Positions 13,072-25,044 of a DNA stretch of 64,000 nt are shown here, piece by piece. The notes below the pieces were generated by a model, which had not been told where the DNA came from, ran no database searches, and saw only the letters and a program-made list of their open reading frames with translations. The stretch covers positions 291,236-355,235 of the forward strand of contig DF236975.1 of the NCBI GenBank assembly GCA_000708835.1, in the 5' to 3' direction. Within the stretch, counting starts at the first letter, position 1. Every line of letters starts with the position of its first letter. The DNA is from Klebsormidium nitens. Its lineage: Eukaryota; Plantae; Klebsormidiophyceae. Both the position numbers and the translations under genes were made by a program.

Positions 13072-16000
13072 ATGGTGGCTTCTTGCATTTCAGCACAAGC
13101 AGTAGCGGCGCCTTCCTTCCTCGTCAGAATGGTGTCAGGCGTTGGAGGGGCTGACTGGTTCGAGGTCGCCAGCAGGCTTGCCCAGGCGGAGACCAATATC
13201 GGTCTCGGGAGAATTGTAGACTCCCCCAGGTCTGCAAATACTCCTCGAGCTGGGCAGGAAAGGGGTGAAGAGAAGGGGAACAACAAGCAAGTGACATTTC
13301 AACCGACATTTACAAGTGACAAGAAAGAGAGAATTGCAACCCCTGAGAATACCAAAAGTCGGGGGGCAGTGTTTGGCCCTCCGTCACCACCCCTCAAGCG
13401 GCATGCAGCTCCGCTTTTCAAAGTTGGTAAGCTAGCGGATGCACAGAGCAACCGGAAGCATAAGCAGGAGCAGTTTCCGGTGGAGTTGGAAGATGTCACC
13501 AGTGACAAGCAGAGCTTTGACTCGAAAGAAGGCCAGGACAAAGAAAGGCCAGCAGAAGCAGATGGTGCATTGGGTGGAGAAGAGGATTGGGAGTTGATAG
13601 ATGGAGAAAAGGGCACTGGGGCCTTTCAAGAAGGTAGGCTTTGAAGCGAATTGCAAGCTTTGTTCGAAGTACTGAGCATGCAAAGCAGAGCAATGCACTG
13701 CAATTATGCGGTGCCCCAGTCCAAAGCTGCACCCGTGGCGTCCTCACATCGAAGTCTGGCATACCTTTTAGTTCAGAGCATTCATTGCATTCCCCTTCCT
13801 TTCATTGTTATCAACATTTCATGCATGCTGAGATCCATTCTTTGTCGTTCTTCTAGTAAGCCGCTGATCAGGTGTCCTCTGTAATCTCTTATGACCTACT
13901 AATCATGGACGTCAGGTGTTCTCTGTACAATATTCTCATCTGCCAGACACTTCTAAACACAGCTGCCTAGAAAGTCAACCGGCTGTTGAACTTGTCTCCA
14001 CAATCGTTTTTCTGCAGACGAGGAACGTCCTGCTGAGAAGCAAATTACCCCCAAGAGCGTTCGGACTGCCAAAGGGCTTCTTGAACTTCCTGATCTAGTC
14101 GGCACCTCCCCTCCCGACCAAGAGGCTAGCCTTCTGCGAGACTGGAGCCTGCCTTCCCCCAGCAGACGAACCGTTCAGCCGCCGCTAGATGCTGGAAAGT
14201 CGCCTAGAACTGCATCGGCATCCACAAAAACCCAGGCACCAGTAGATCGGCAAACAAACACCAGGGAAGACCACCCCCAAAAAGAAGAAGATGGCCACTC
14301 CATCTGGCAGTTTAACGAATTCGGCAGACATGACCACGCGCAGGAGTTGGAGCGGCGGGGGTCTCTGCAGATGGAGGAGCTGGTTGGTCCTTTGAGGGGG
14401 GGCACACCAGAAGGCGGCCCCACCCCCTCTCCTCGAGAAAGTCAGCTGGTCCCAGTATCCCCTTTCGGTGCCCTGGCAAATGTCCCTGGGTGGAACCTGG
14501 CGCAGGCAGGCCTTTTAAGCACGTCCCTAGGGCAGAGGGTAGCTAGTTTTGTGGGGGAAGTAGTAGCCGCATCGGCAGAACACGAGCAGCGCTTTGTTGG
14601 GCGGCTGCGGAGCAACTCGTTCAAGAAGAACGGGGTCCCCTCTGAGCTGAAAGCGATGGATACCGCCAGTGGGAGCGGACCCGATTCTAGAGCAGACTCC
14701 GGGGCGGAGCTGGCTTCATCCGGGGGGGAGGGGAGGGCCCTTCCTGAGGCGGCACTTGCTAGTGTTGAGACGGGAGCGGCAGAGGCAGTGCTGGAACGAG
14801 GGCCGGCCGCTGAGATGTCAAATGCAGATTGGATGAGCAGGATTCAGAGCGCGACCACGCAGCAGCTGGGGGAGTGGCTGGCGCGAGTCAAGATGACTTA
14901 CAGGGGCTCAAAGGAGGTGAGGGGTAGTTTGAGGTTGTCCGAAACATTTTGATCATGTGTACACTTCTTGGAAAATGGTTGTCCAAGGAGACTCTAGGAA
15001 CCTGTCATGGCCGTGGCTACTCTGTTGCTCTTGTCTTGTTGTAGATCTGGCGGCGGGGTTACTTCTTAGTCAGACGTTTCTGCTGTGACACTCGCCCTGC
15101 TGCGACCGGAATAGTGCACCGCGTGTCTGATGTTACAAACCGAGAAAGAGCTGTTGATTGCTGCCAATCTCGAGGTCGTCTTGAAGTCCAATCAACCAAA
15201 AGCCTGTCACATGTGGTTACTTGGTGCAAAATCTTGTCTACTCGGAGGCAGTTCCTCAACTTGACAGCCTGTTCAATACATCGCGTCGCTGGGCCTTCTC
15301 TTTAAAGAAACCCTCAGCGGAGCTGCGCACTCTCGTTACACATTATGCATCACCGAAACCCGCTCACATTAATGTTTGGTTTTTGGGCCTGGAACTAGGT
15401 GGTAATTGTCGATCACCTTGGTAGAGTATTCCTCTCACGTGATTTCAGCCAGCTTCGATCAACGGTTTTTTACTCTCTCAGGACATTGGCTGGCTAAAAC
15501 GGGAACCCGGCATGCCTCCCATCACGGACGGCAGCGAGCGCTTCCTCCAGCTGCTGGGGCAAATCGTGCATGGGATCCATTCCCTGTCGGACGAGTATGT
15601 ATATCTATTGACACCAGGTAAAGAAGATTGCTCGAGGCAATGGGACTCAGCTCATGACACAATCCACATTCAGACGATATTGATGAAGGCAGGCGACCAT
15701 TGTCTCGTTGATCGGCTCGTTAGTTCATGTCTTTTGTACTTTCTCCTCTGAGACTGGATAAGTACTCACTGATCTTTTTGTGAGTTGACAAGACGGGAGT
15801 TGGATTGTCATCAGTCATGGTCGGACGCTGATCTCCAATCGACTCAAGAGGAAACATAAGACCTCTTCGAGGCCCGTTCTTGGATCCGACTCCTCTTCAG
15901 TAGAGCACCAGCTGCTTATGTACCCCCATCTCTTCTAAACCCGCAGGTCTGTTCAGCAACTTTGGCCCGCTGTACCTGTATGATACCAAGAAGTACCTTG

Positions 16001-18872
16001 CAAAACTAGGACTGAGCACGCACATAGCTAAGATTCACAGCGAGGTGAGCTTTGGTCCTTAGGCTATTTGAAACAAATGCGACGGACGCTCATCGACGAC
16101 ACTTCCGGATCTGTGTCAAGCCGTCTACCATGTTCAATTGCTCCATTATTGGTCTCTCGAAGAAACGGAACCTTTCGAAGCACCTGTTACTTGCGTTGAT
16201 GGCGAGTAGACTCTCCGGCTCATGACGACAATGATCGAGCGACCAAGGATGACCAACTGCTTGCACAGCGTGTTGCTCGCGTTGAACACTGCTTGATTGT
16301 TATTGTGCCCGATTCTTTTTAACCTGCATCTGCTTGAAGGAGTGTCACAAATTTTCCAGGTTTTGAGTTGAGCTTTTTTATGCGTTCTTTCCAGGCCGCA
16401 GTAGAGAAGAACGCCTTAGAGATCTGCCAGTACGTCGAGGAACTGAACTGGGGAACGGGCAAGCAGGTCAGCGCCTCTTCTTCGACTTCGAATCCTTTAA
16501 GCTTGGCAAGTGGCAACGGTTTTAAAAGCCTAACGAATACGTCAACACTGTTCTTAAGGAAAACGTCAAAAGTTCGCACCGCAAGCTAGTTATGTCCCGT
16601 TTTGCATCTCGCCCTTGGATTACTTTTTCTTACCAGTGAGCGAACGTTGCAACGTCTGCTCCATTGTGACAGAAGGTTTCAGAAGCTCGGGACTTAAAGC
16701 AAGCCCATGATATCTGAACGGGCGCTCAATCCTTCATCTTCTCACCGCTACTGTTTGGAAGAAGAGCACTTCATCATGTGATGCTGAAGGAACGTGCAAA
16801 AATCGATCTGTAGCTAGATCCGCTGCTAGTGACACTGATCGATGTCGACGGGACAGCGCGTTGAAGGCAAAATTAATCCATTTCAGACCGCTCGTTTGGG
16901 CTTGATGCTTGTCCTTGAGCTGCTTTATAAGGTGTGCAAAGGTCGCTTAGCCTGGATCTTTCCGTTACGTCCCTGGGCCGTTCCTTGCCGTCGGGCCCTT
17001 ATTTACGCTCCCGGGTTTTCCTCACACGCCTCCCGTCTTCAACAGGTGGTGATACTGGGCCACAGCAAGGGGGGCATCGACGCCTGCGCGGCGCTCGCGC
17101 TTTTCCCTGAGCGGCTGGCCGGCAAAGTGCGCGGGATTGCGCTGGTGCAGAGCCCATATGCGGGAAACCCGGTTTGCTCAGACATCCTGCGGGAGGGACA
17201 GGTGGCGGACTTTGGTTCGCGGGCGGTGCTACAAACGCTGATGCATCATGCACTCAAGGTGAGGCTCGACTCCACCAAGCCTTGTCAGACAGATTGTTAG
17301 CAGGAATGATGACTAATTCGAACAGTGCCGCTTCGATGAGAACACAACTTAAAATGACGGGAGCCAAATGTATAAAGGAAGGAACGTTAGTTCGAGGACA
17401 GAAGCTTCTCAGGAAGCCAAGTGGAGACGAGAGCGGAAGCGGTTCATTTCGCACGACGCACCCTGAGGGAATGACGCCTTGCCCTCCTCAATTCTCTTTA
17501 GGGACCTCAATCCATGCTACCCCAAGCAAAGTTCATCCGGCACAGAAGCGCCCCTGCCTCGACTGCTCAACTCCCGGGGGCCTCTCTGTAGCCCCATTTC
17601 CACATAACGTCTCCCCATCTTCCCGCAGGGAGAGCTCCGTGCCCTGGAAGACCTGACGTACGAGCACCGCCGCGCGTTCATCCTCTCCCACCCGCTCCCT
17701 CCGGGGATCCCCCTCGTGTCCTTCCACACCGAGGCCAGCCGCGCCCCGACCGCCCTCTCAACCATTACCACCGTCGGCCACGCAGAGCTGCCGTTGGCCG
17801 CACTAGTTGCTGGGGCCACCAGCTCGGCAGCGGCGCAGAGCGCGGGCGTTGGGAAGCTGCCGATTGCGATGCCGATTGGTGCCACGTTGGCGACGATTGC
17901 GGGGCACTTGGAGCTCAGGTGAGGGGGGCCCGAAAAGAGACTGGTGGTTTGGAACAGTTCGGCCGTTCTGGAGAAGTCTTTGGCATGAGAAGCGCAGTAA
18001 GTTTGCGGAGGGGCCCTCGAATGGGACGGACATGTCGTGCCTCAGTCACAACATGTCCGAGTCACGAATTGTTGATCTACTTGCGCCGTCTCAACTCCAG
18101 TTTCAGTTGTTCATCGTCGCCTGAAGCGGCGGCCGAACTCCTTGCAAACTGTTATTCTTCCTTTCTTTTGGATCTGACGGACGAATTGAGCGGCACACGA
18201 ACAACCAGCACACGAAAGAGCCTACGAGCAGTTATCATTTCCCGTGCAGGTATGGGGAGAAGTCAGACGGTTTAGTGACCAGGCCCGATGCGGAAGTGCC
18301 CGGCTCGGTGGTTGTCCGACCCGAGAAGAAGCTGGATCACGCGTGGCCGGTGTTTGGAGGGGGCAAGTCGACCCCGGGGGAACCCGAGCCTGCACACGTG
18401 AGCCGCTCCTGTGAAGTTCAGGCGCCTCGAGCTGGATGCAGGGTTAAGACATGTGATGTTCACAGTATGCTAAAGCGGTGGGAACATGAAACGAGGGCCG
18501 GCGTGTTATCAGATAGTATTCTAACGGCAGGGTCCTTAAAGTTGCTGGAGATGCTCCCGTCTAAAATTTCTCAGCGTCAAGGTTTTTGTGTAGTTCAACT
18601 TGATGGTGAAGTCAGCCGTTGTTTGTCCTGTCAACCCGACGTCCACATGGTAGATACGAGAACGAAAGGCGCCCACTGGCAATACTTCTTGTACACCCGT
18701 CAGATGCGTGCTGGCTGCATCCCTAATGATTTACTCGACACCAACCTTTGTCGTCGATGTGCAGGTGAATGAGGCGCTCCTGACGCTGCTTCTTGAGAGC
18801 CAGTTCCCACCCGGTCAAGCTCCAGTTGTGCGCCAAGTCAGGAGCGGGGATCCCCCGAAGCGGTGGCGCTGA
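13072..18872 (+). CDS. Plant-type alpha/beta-hydrolase (lipase-like, GHSKGG nucleophile motif) with a long disordered N-terminal extension
   Basis: Phase-consistent exons 13072-13633, 14018-14916, 15482-15617, 15947-16044, 16395-16466, 17046-17258, 17629-17918, 18250-18397, 18765-18872. They give EDIGWL…YLLTPGLFSNFGPLY…HIAKIHSEAAVEKNA…ILGHSKGGIDA…VQSPYAG…DGLVTRPDAEVPG…LDHAW…EALLTLL, which I recognise from the conserved plant family resembling Arabidopsis At2g44970 (from memory, not searched). Confidence 0.9.
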
Positions 18873-20243
18873 TATAATTAGTTGGAGACGTTAATGTTTT
18901 GCGCGGCAGGAAATCTGCAAGACAATCTTAAGGTGATTTTGTAAACTGTGTACTTCGGTGTCAATTATGGCGCTCTCTTTGCTGATGGGGCCAACCACGT
19001 TGGTTTTTTGAGTATGTACGGTCTGGAAACTACCAAATGCGCGCAGGAGTGTGGATCATATACAAGGTGAATATACTGTTGGTCATAGCAAGGCCTCCCT
19101 GGTGGAACAGATCAATCGGAGGACCAGCGAAAAGCTGCATATAGTAGCTCGCTTCAACCTAAAGAAACGACGCAGGTATGATCAACGCTGGGTCTTTGAC
19201 TATCAAACTTCCGTTTTTGGAAGTTGCTCCCTATTATGATTCTTTGTCATCCTAGTGTCGAATTTCGGGTCGACTCATGCAATCCAAGCTGAATTAAGAA
19301 CAGTCCTTTGATTCCGTTCATAATCTGCATTGGAGCACACTGTTTAGTTTGGGACTGAAATCAAGTAGATGCCAGGATCTATGACTCGAAAACATGCAGC
19401 ATCCCCTCAGATGGTCTGCTTCAGTCGACACCATGTCTTCAGGAACTAGTATTCGTGTCGAGCACATCATTGATCGATCGAGATTTGATTCGCTCGCGAA
19501 GCTCCTGATGTAATCTTACGGCCCGTATGCGTTGCATCGGCTCATATGATCTGGCATCTTAAGAAGCTCTGGCACCGCGCAAGAATAAGTGTAGCTCGAT
19601 TAAACCGGCAATTGTAATCAGGATATATTTAACCGCGTTTGTAAGATGATTCTATGGACGAACCTTCAATGGTCGCATGCATATGCACACTCCGCGGCCG
19701 GCACTATGACATATGGTTCTGCGCATATATATGCTCGCACGGGCTTGGGCGCGTCCGATTTGCACCATGATCGACGCGCCCATGCAAACCGCGTCGTCCT
19801 CTTATATATCACCATTCTGCCTTTGCTTTTGACCAAGTCATGATCGAGCGCGGCTAGCAGGGGCGGTTTCACGAGTAAACTAAGCAGCTCCGGCCAGCTT
19901 GCGCGGCGCGCATATGTGCAGTACGGTACGTATCTCGTGGGCTGCAAGAGTGGACGGCGTTTGCATGCAATATCCTCGATCGTGTCCTGCATCTTGGCGA
20001 TCATAGGATCACAACATTCAATCGCCACGCAATTGCAGAAGCACTGCATGTAGCTAACGCGGAGCCTATTTTTCATACGCAATCGAGCGGTGATTTAACA
20101 GCCTGTAGCTAGAGTTAAGGGGAAAGGCGGCTCATGCAGTTCAAGTCGTCGTATAAGATGGTCGCCTGCATCACTTGAATCGTCAAAATGAACTTCAGTT
20201 GCTAATTTGCATCTTGAAGTCGTAGCCGCGAGTATATACAAAC

Positions 20244-23200
20244 TCAATGTCGGTATGCTACAACGTCGAATGGTGAACTGTGGACTTGTACTTGATGATC
20301 CGCCTGAGCATCTTCGACTGGGAATACCATGTTGGCGCTGCGCTCAGCCACGCCTGTTGATCTTTCTGACCCGGTCGAATCCCTTCTTTCGAAATCCCCA
20401 TCTTTGCGCTGCAAATGTGCAGCCCCACTTCGCTGCGTCTCTCCGTTTCTCACGCCTATTGGCCACCACTCAATCCCACCTGTTGCATGTCTTCCATTCA
20501 CACGGACCCTCCCTTTCGTTCGACTGTGCCCGCCCTCACTTCCGGTGCCTTTCTCCTCCGTCCCCACTACACCCGATAAGTTGCTGAACAAATACTCATC
20601 CGCATTTCCTCCATGCGACCGGTTTACGGTACTTGGCCCTGCCCCGCCCTCTAACGAACGCCGCCTTTGCTCCGCATATTCTGCACCATCCTCTACAGAA
20701 GAGACTCCGACTTCCTGCGGCCACGTCGGATCCGCAGCATGCCACGTGTCATGCTCGCGGTCAGCCTCCTCCCGCCCAGCTCTTGCCTGCCGCTCGTACT
20801 CAAACTCCCTCGGCCGTCCGGTCGCCCGTTCTTCGGACGTAGGCGACAACCAGTCCCCGGTCCGCACGCGGTCCGAACCCCCCTCTAGTTCTGCCTGCGG
20901 CTCAGCCACAACTTGTGACCGCTCGTTCGCAGCGCTTCCGTCTGATTCTATCGACTCCCCCTCAGCATCCGTTTCCGACTGGACCAAAAGAACTAGAGTC
21001 TCGGACGGACCAGTCTCTTCTACACTTTCCAAATCCTGGTCAGCTTTCCTTTGCAGCTCGACCGTTTCTTGCACCCGCTCGTCCGAAGCAGTCTCATCCG
21101 GGACTTCCCCAGCAGTCGCTTGCAGCGCACTGGTGTCTTGCAGCCGCTCGCCAGAAACACTCTCTTCCGCGCTTCCGGCCCCCTCCTCAGTACCCAATCC
21201 GCTTCGAGATCGCTCCCCCCTCGAGTCGCCCCGTCTTGACCCGTCCTGTTCCGCTGAGTTCCATTCCGTAGACACTTCCGCATCCCCATCGTTCATTCCC
21301 ACCACGGAACTTTCTTCCGCGAAATTTTGCACGCCGGCATCCACTTCCCCCATAATCCCGGCCCCCTCCCGCCCAGTCTCGTCCCGTTCGTTTTGCTCGC
21401 CGCTTTGCCCTTCAGAATCTTGCCACGTGTCCCTCTGCTCTGTAGGATGTCGCCACGTGTCCCTGGGCCCAGCTCCCCCCGAGGTCCCCTCCCGCCTTGC
21501 CGCTGCGAGCGCCGCAAGATCCAGGGGCGGCCGCCGGTGCTTTTTCGTGAGGCTTCCAATCACGTGTGCTTCGAAAGCGAACATTGGGGAGATGGGGCCC
21601 GGCCCCTTGTGGGTTTCGGCAGCCCGCAAGCGCTCCCAAAGCAGCCGGCTCTCCTGAAGTAAGGGATGTGATACCAAGGTCAGGCAAAGGACACTGGTTA
21701 GGGAGAAAAGGTCCTACAGAAACCTGAGCGACGGCTTAGACAATCTTTGCACGAACCTCTGGATCAAGGGGGTGAACATGGTGTAGACACGTGTCCGCAG
21801 GAAGAAGGTACGAAATTTTTATCGGAAGGGACCTTCTGGAATGACATTGTCCCCAATACCACTTGTTGGAACGGGGAAATAGAATCCACCAACTGACAGT
21901 CGAACCAGTCGACCACTGGTAAGCTGCCTTTCAATCTCATTGAGAAGACAAAGTCTATCAAAGCAGGAAAGAAATGAGGAGAGAGGAGCAGCAATTCCCT
22001 CCAAACCGGTCGGCCTGTGGCCCAAGCAACTTCTCAGAGGACCACATGTGACCTTCATGTCGCTACCCAGAGAGGCGATCCTCAGCTTTCCACAAGTGGC
22101 AATTACTAAGCCCAAGTAGCCATCCGCCTCAACTACGTTCCGAAAACGAAACGTACTTCGTCTGCAGAGAAAATCACTCTGGTCTCAGCAACTAGGGAGG
22201 GGGAAGATTAAGACTCTCACCTCCTGGCCTGACGCTTCAGGCCGAGGGCTGGTCACCGGTCTGTCGAGCTCATTCGGTTCGGGGGGGCACGGAATGGGGA
22301 GGAACTCAGCGGGAGCCTCGGCAACCCGATTGCCGGAGGCCTTTTCCTCAACCTGCGGAAGCAGCGACACCAATGTCTTCTCGTCAATGTCATCTCGTCC
22401 TGTCTATGTTTCCTCCGCTGTCCCATGAGTTCGTGTGTACCTCCGTTTTCAGAAGAAGACCTTAGGAGAAAAGGAGACTAAAGAGATGCTCATAGCATGA
22501 GCATGGGTCGTGTGAAGGTGCATGCGCGCATCGATAGCCAGGCCAAGAACACTCACCATATGAATAGTAGTATGCTGAGCAATTCATTTAGAATTGATTT
22601 AGCTACCACCACCAAACACATACGACCAGCAGGTTGTAGTCAGCTACTCAGCCAGATAAGGATTCTCCAAGGGCTGGCGACAACAGGAGTTGTCATACAA
22701 GAATCTTGTGTCGTTGGGTTGGTCGATGACGTCACGAGAGGCTGCTCAAAATAACTTTCAAACCAACATCGAGGCCAATCGCCACCTGGTGGCCATGTTG
22801 ACCACCAGGGAGTGAAGTTCTAAAAGCTTGCAAGCGGATTGTTGTGAAGTTTCCGAAAACTGTGTACTCAACTCTGTGTAATTCCCTCAAGGTGTTTTTG
22901 AGATGGCCTTTTTTTGGCTGTAGAAAGTATTGCGTTTGACATGACACTTTTATTCATCTGCAAACATGTCCATATGGCTAGCTCCGCCTGCAGAATCCAT
23001 CCAAGAAGCGGAACACGGAAGAGAAGGGGCAAAGAGGAGAGCTCCTAAGGCAGCAGAAGACTTCCCACCAAATGCAGTATCCGCAGCAAAAGCCGCTATT
23101 AGCTCAAAGATTGGAGCTCAGAGAAGGTTGGCTTCTTTTCAGATTGTAAAGCTAAATGGTAGCAATAGCAATTGGGAGACGGAACCAGAAGGGAGCTGTC

Positions 23201-23915
23201 AAGCAGAGGCGCTTTCACTGTTAAAAGCTAGATGAAAAGCATGCAAGCAATGCCGATCCAGAAGTCAAATGCATACTCGTTTTGTGAACAGCTTCATTAT
23301 CGAGATAAGCTGAAAGCGGATCAGTACAGAAGAAATCTCTGGTAGAGTTGACCGAGACACGTATAGACTCAAACAACGAGACACAACTAGCCTCAAAAAC
23401 AGATCTATTATGTACGAACCTTTTCACTTGATTTGAAGATTCTCATTCGTCATCAACTTATCCTTCAACTTCTGTTCAATGGAGTCGAACCAGCTTGCCA
23501 AACCTTCCGCAAGAACAGAGGTTAAATATGATGTTTGCAATCGAACGACAGCTAGGATATATGCTGTTTTTCTGTCAAATAAATCTAAGAATCAATTCAC
23601 ATTCCACCACCGTCGGCTATGAGCTTCCAAGAAGGAAGCTGAGGCATCAGAAAGGAATGCTGTATGCGTATGAGCAGCACTGGGCCTTGCACGTACCTTC
23701 TCTTTCTGGTGATGGGACTTTCTAAAGAGCCGCCCCAGAAAGCTGCCTCTGGGATGTGGCATGCCATTCCTGCCCTCCCTTTGCACGTCTTTCTCCCCTC
23801 TAGTTGCTCTCTCCCAACCGCTATGCCCCTTCTGTGTTCCCTGCGGGACCAGTTCCGCTAGGTCCGGGATTCCCCCAAAGTGCACTCCCCCGATCTGCAC
23901 CGGTGTACCGGTCAT
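20244..23915 (-). CDS. Multi-exon protein of unknown function with a long acidic low-complexity C-terminal exon
   Basis: Terminal exon 21653-20244 (cttacttcag acceptor; ESRLLWERLRAAE…PMFAFEAHVIGSLTKKHRRPPLDL then E/S/G-rich) joins in phase 0 to exon 22403-22221 (TGRDDIDEKTLVSLLPQVEE…SGQE|gtgaga). Further candidate exons lie near 22780-22920 and 23700-23915 (…SHHQKEK|gtacgt). The 5' end is not resolved. Confidence 0.6.
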
Positions 23916-25044
23916 CTGACTAGACTCTTTCGCTGATCAAAGCCTAACGAAGCAGATGCACTGCTTGGTTCACCAAGAAGGGGCAGTCTCCTACCTTGGC
24001 AACGCATCAGCTTTCTCTAAGGATTGCCAATGGTGTGCTTCATGCTGGTCTAAACTCTGGCAAGGGTGTCGAACCTATGCTAACGCTCCAAGCGCAGGGA
24101 GATCGACCTTCCAACAAGCCGGACACTGAGACAGAGACCAGAGGAGCAAGGGACCACTTATGCAGACCAGGAATCGCTGACCCGGATTGCTAACCGGTAA
24201 TTTCAGAGGTGTGGCCACTGGATTGCCCCTGAAGCCTTCTTTGAGGCTTCAACAGTTGCAGATACCTGAAGGAACTCTAAACTCTACACTCTTCATGGAT
24301 CACTTTGCTGCGCCCGCCTGTAACACCAATAACTGTCCAGGTACTGCCTCACAGAACATGCAATAAACCGTTTTGCGGTAAAAAGATCCTACGGATGCTT
24401 TCGAAACGTCGTCCACAAGTGTCTGCCGCAAACCATTCCTAACGTAGACCATAAACAGGAGAGAGACGCTCTATAAGACAAGAACACCTTGAAGCGCCCT
24501 TGCATTTAGCGGATCCCCCAAGACGACCGCAATGCGTCATGGTTCGCAAAATGCAAGATCATGGCGCTCGAGAAGAATCGTGCATAGTTCTGGCTGACGT
24601 CACGAGATAGGCGCGGCTGGTCAAGATATCCCATTTTAGGGTTTGCACTTGCCCTGGAGGTTTGGTTGCAAACCTTCGCCTGTTGACCAGAATCTGTGAG
24701 AGACCCCGGGTATCATTCCCGGCGCTGCTTTTCACACAAAACGGCAAGCGTAGAGTAAGTGGGGCTTACTACCGGTCAATCATAGTTTTGCTAAACGTGC
24801 GGTATATGGTCAAACCAGGTACTTCAAGCAAGCATGCCAGCTGGCACTGGTAAAAGAAGCGGTGCCCTCACTGTCAGGCTTCTTTCTCGAAAATTTGAAA
24901 AAAATTAGCAGCAAGAATTTGAAGAAAGAGCTCTGGTTGTCTGTGGCGCAGCTAAGTTCTTTCGCCTTCGATCCGCGCGCTCTCTAGGGGCTGGTCTGGT
25001 AGGCGCCTCCCTGCGCCTGCCGGCCCGCTTCGCATTTCTTGCCC

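Noticed and set aside
19600-20000. Weak inverted similarity (19766-19800 vs 19953-19985) in CG/CATG-rich intergenic DNA
   Set aside because: Too degenerate to distinguish from chance.
20329-21657. 442-aa Ser-rich plus-strand ORF
   Set aside because: Antisense shadow of the acidic minus-strand exon, which has splice-site support.
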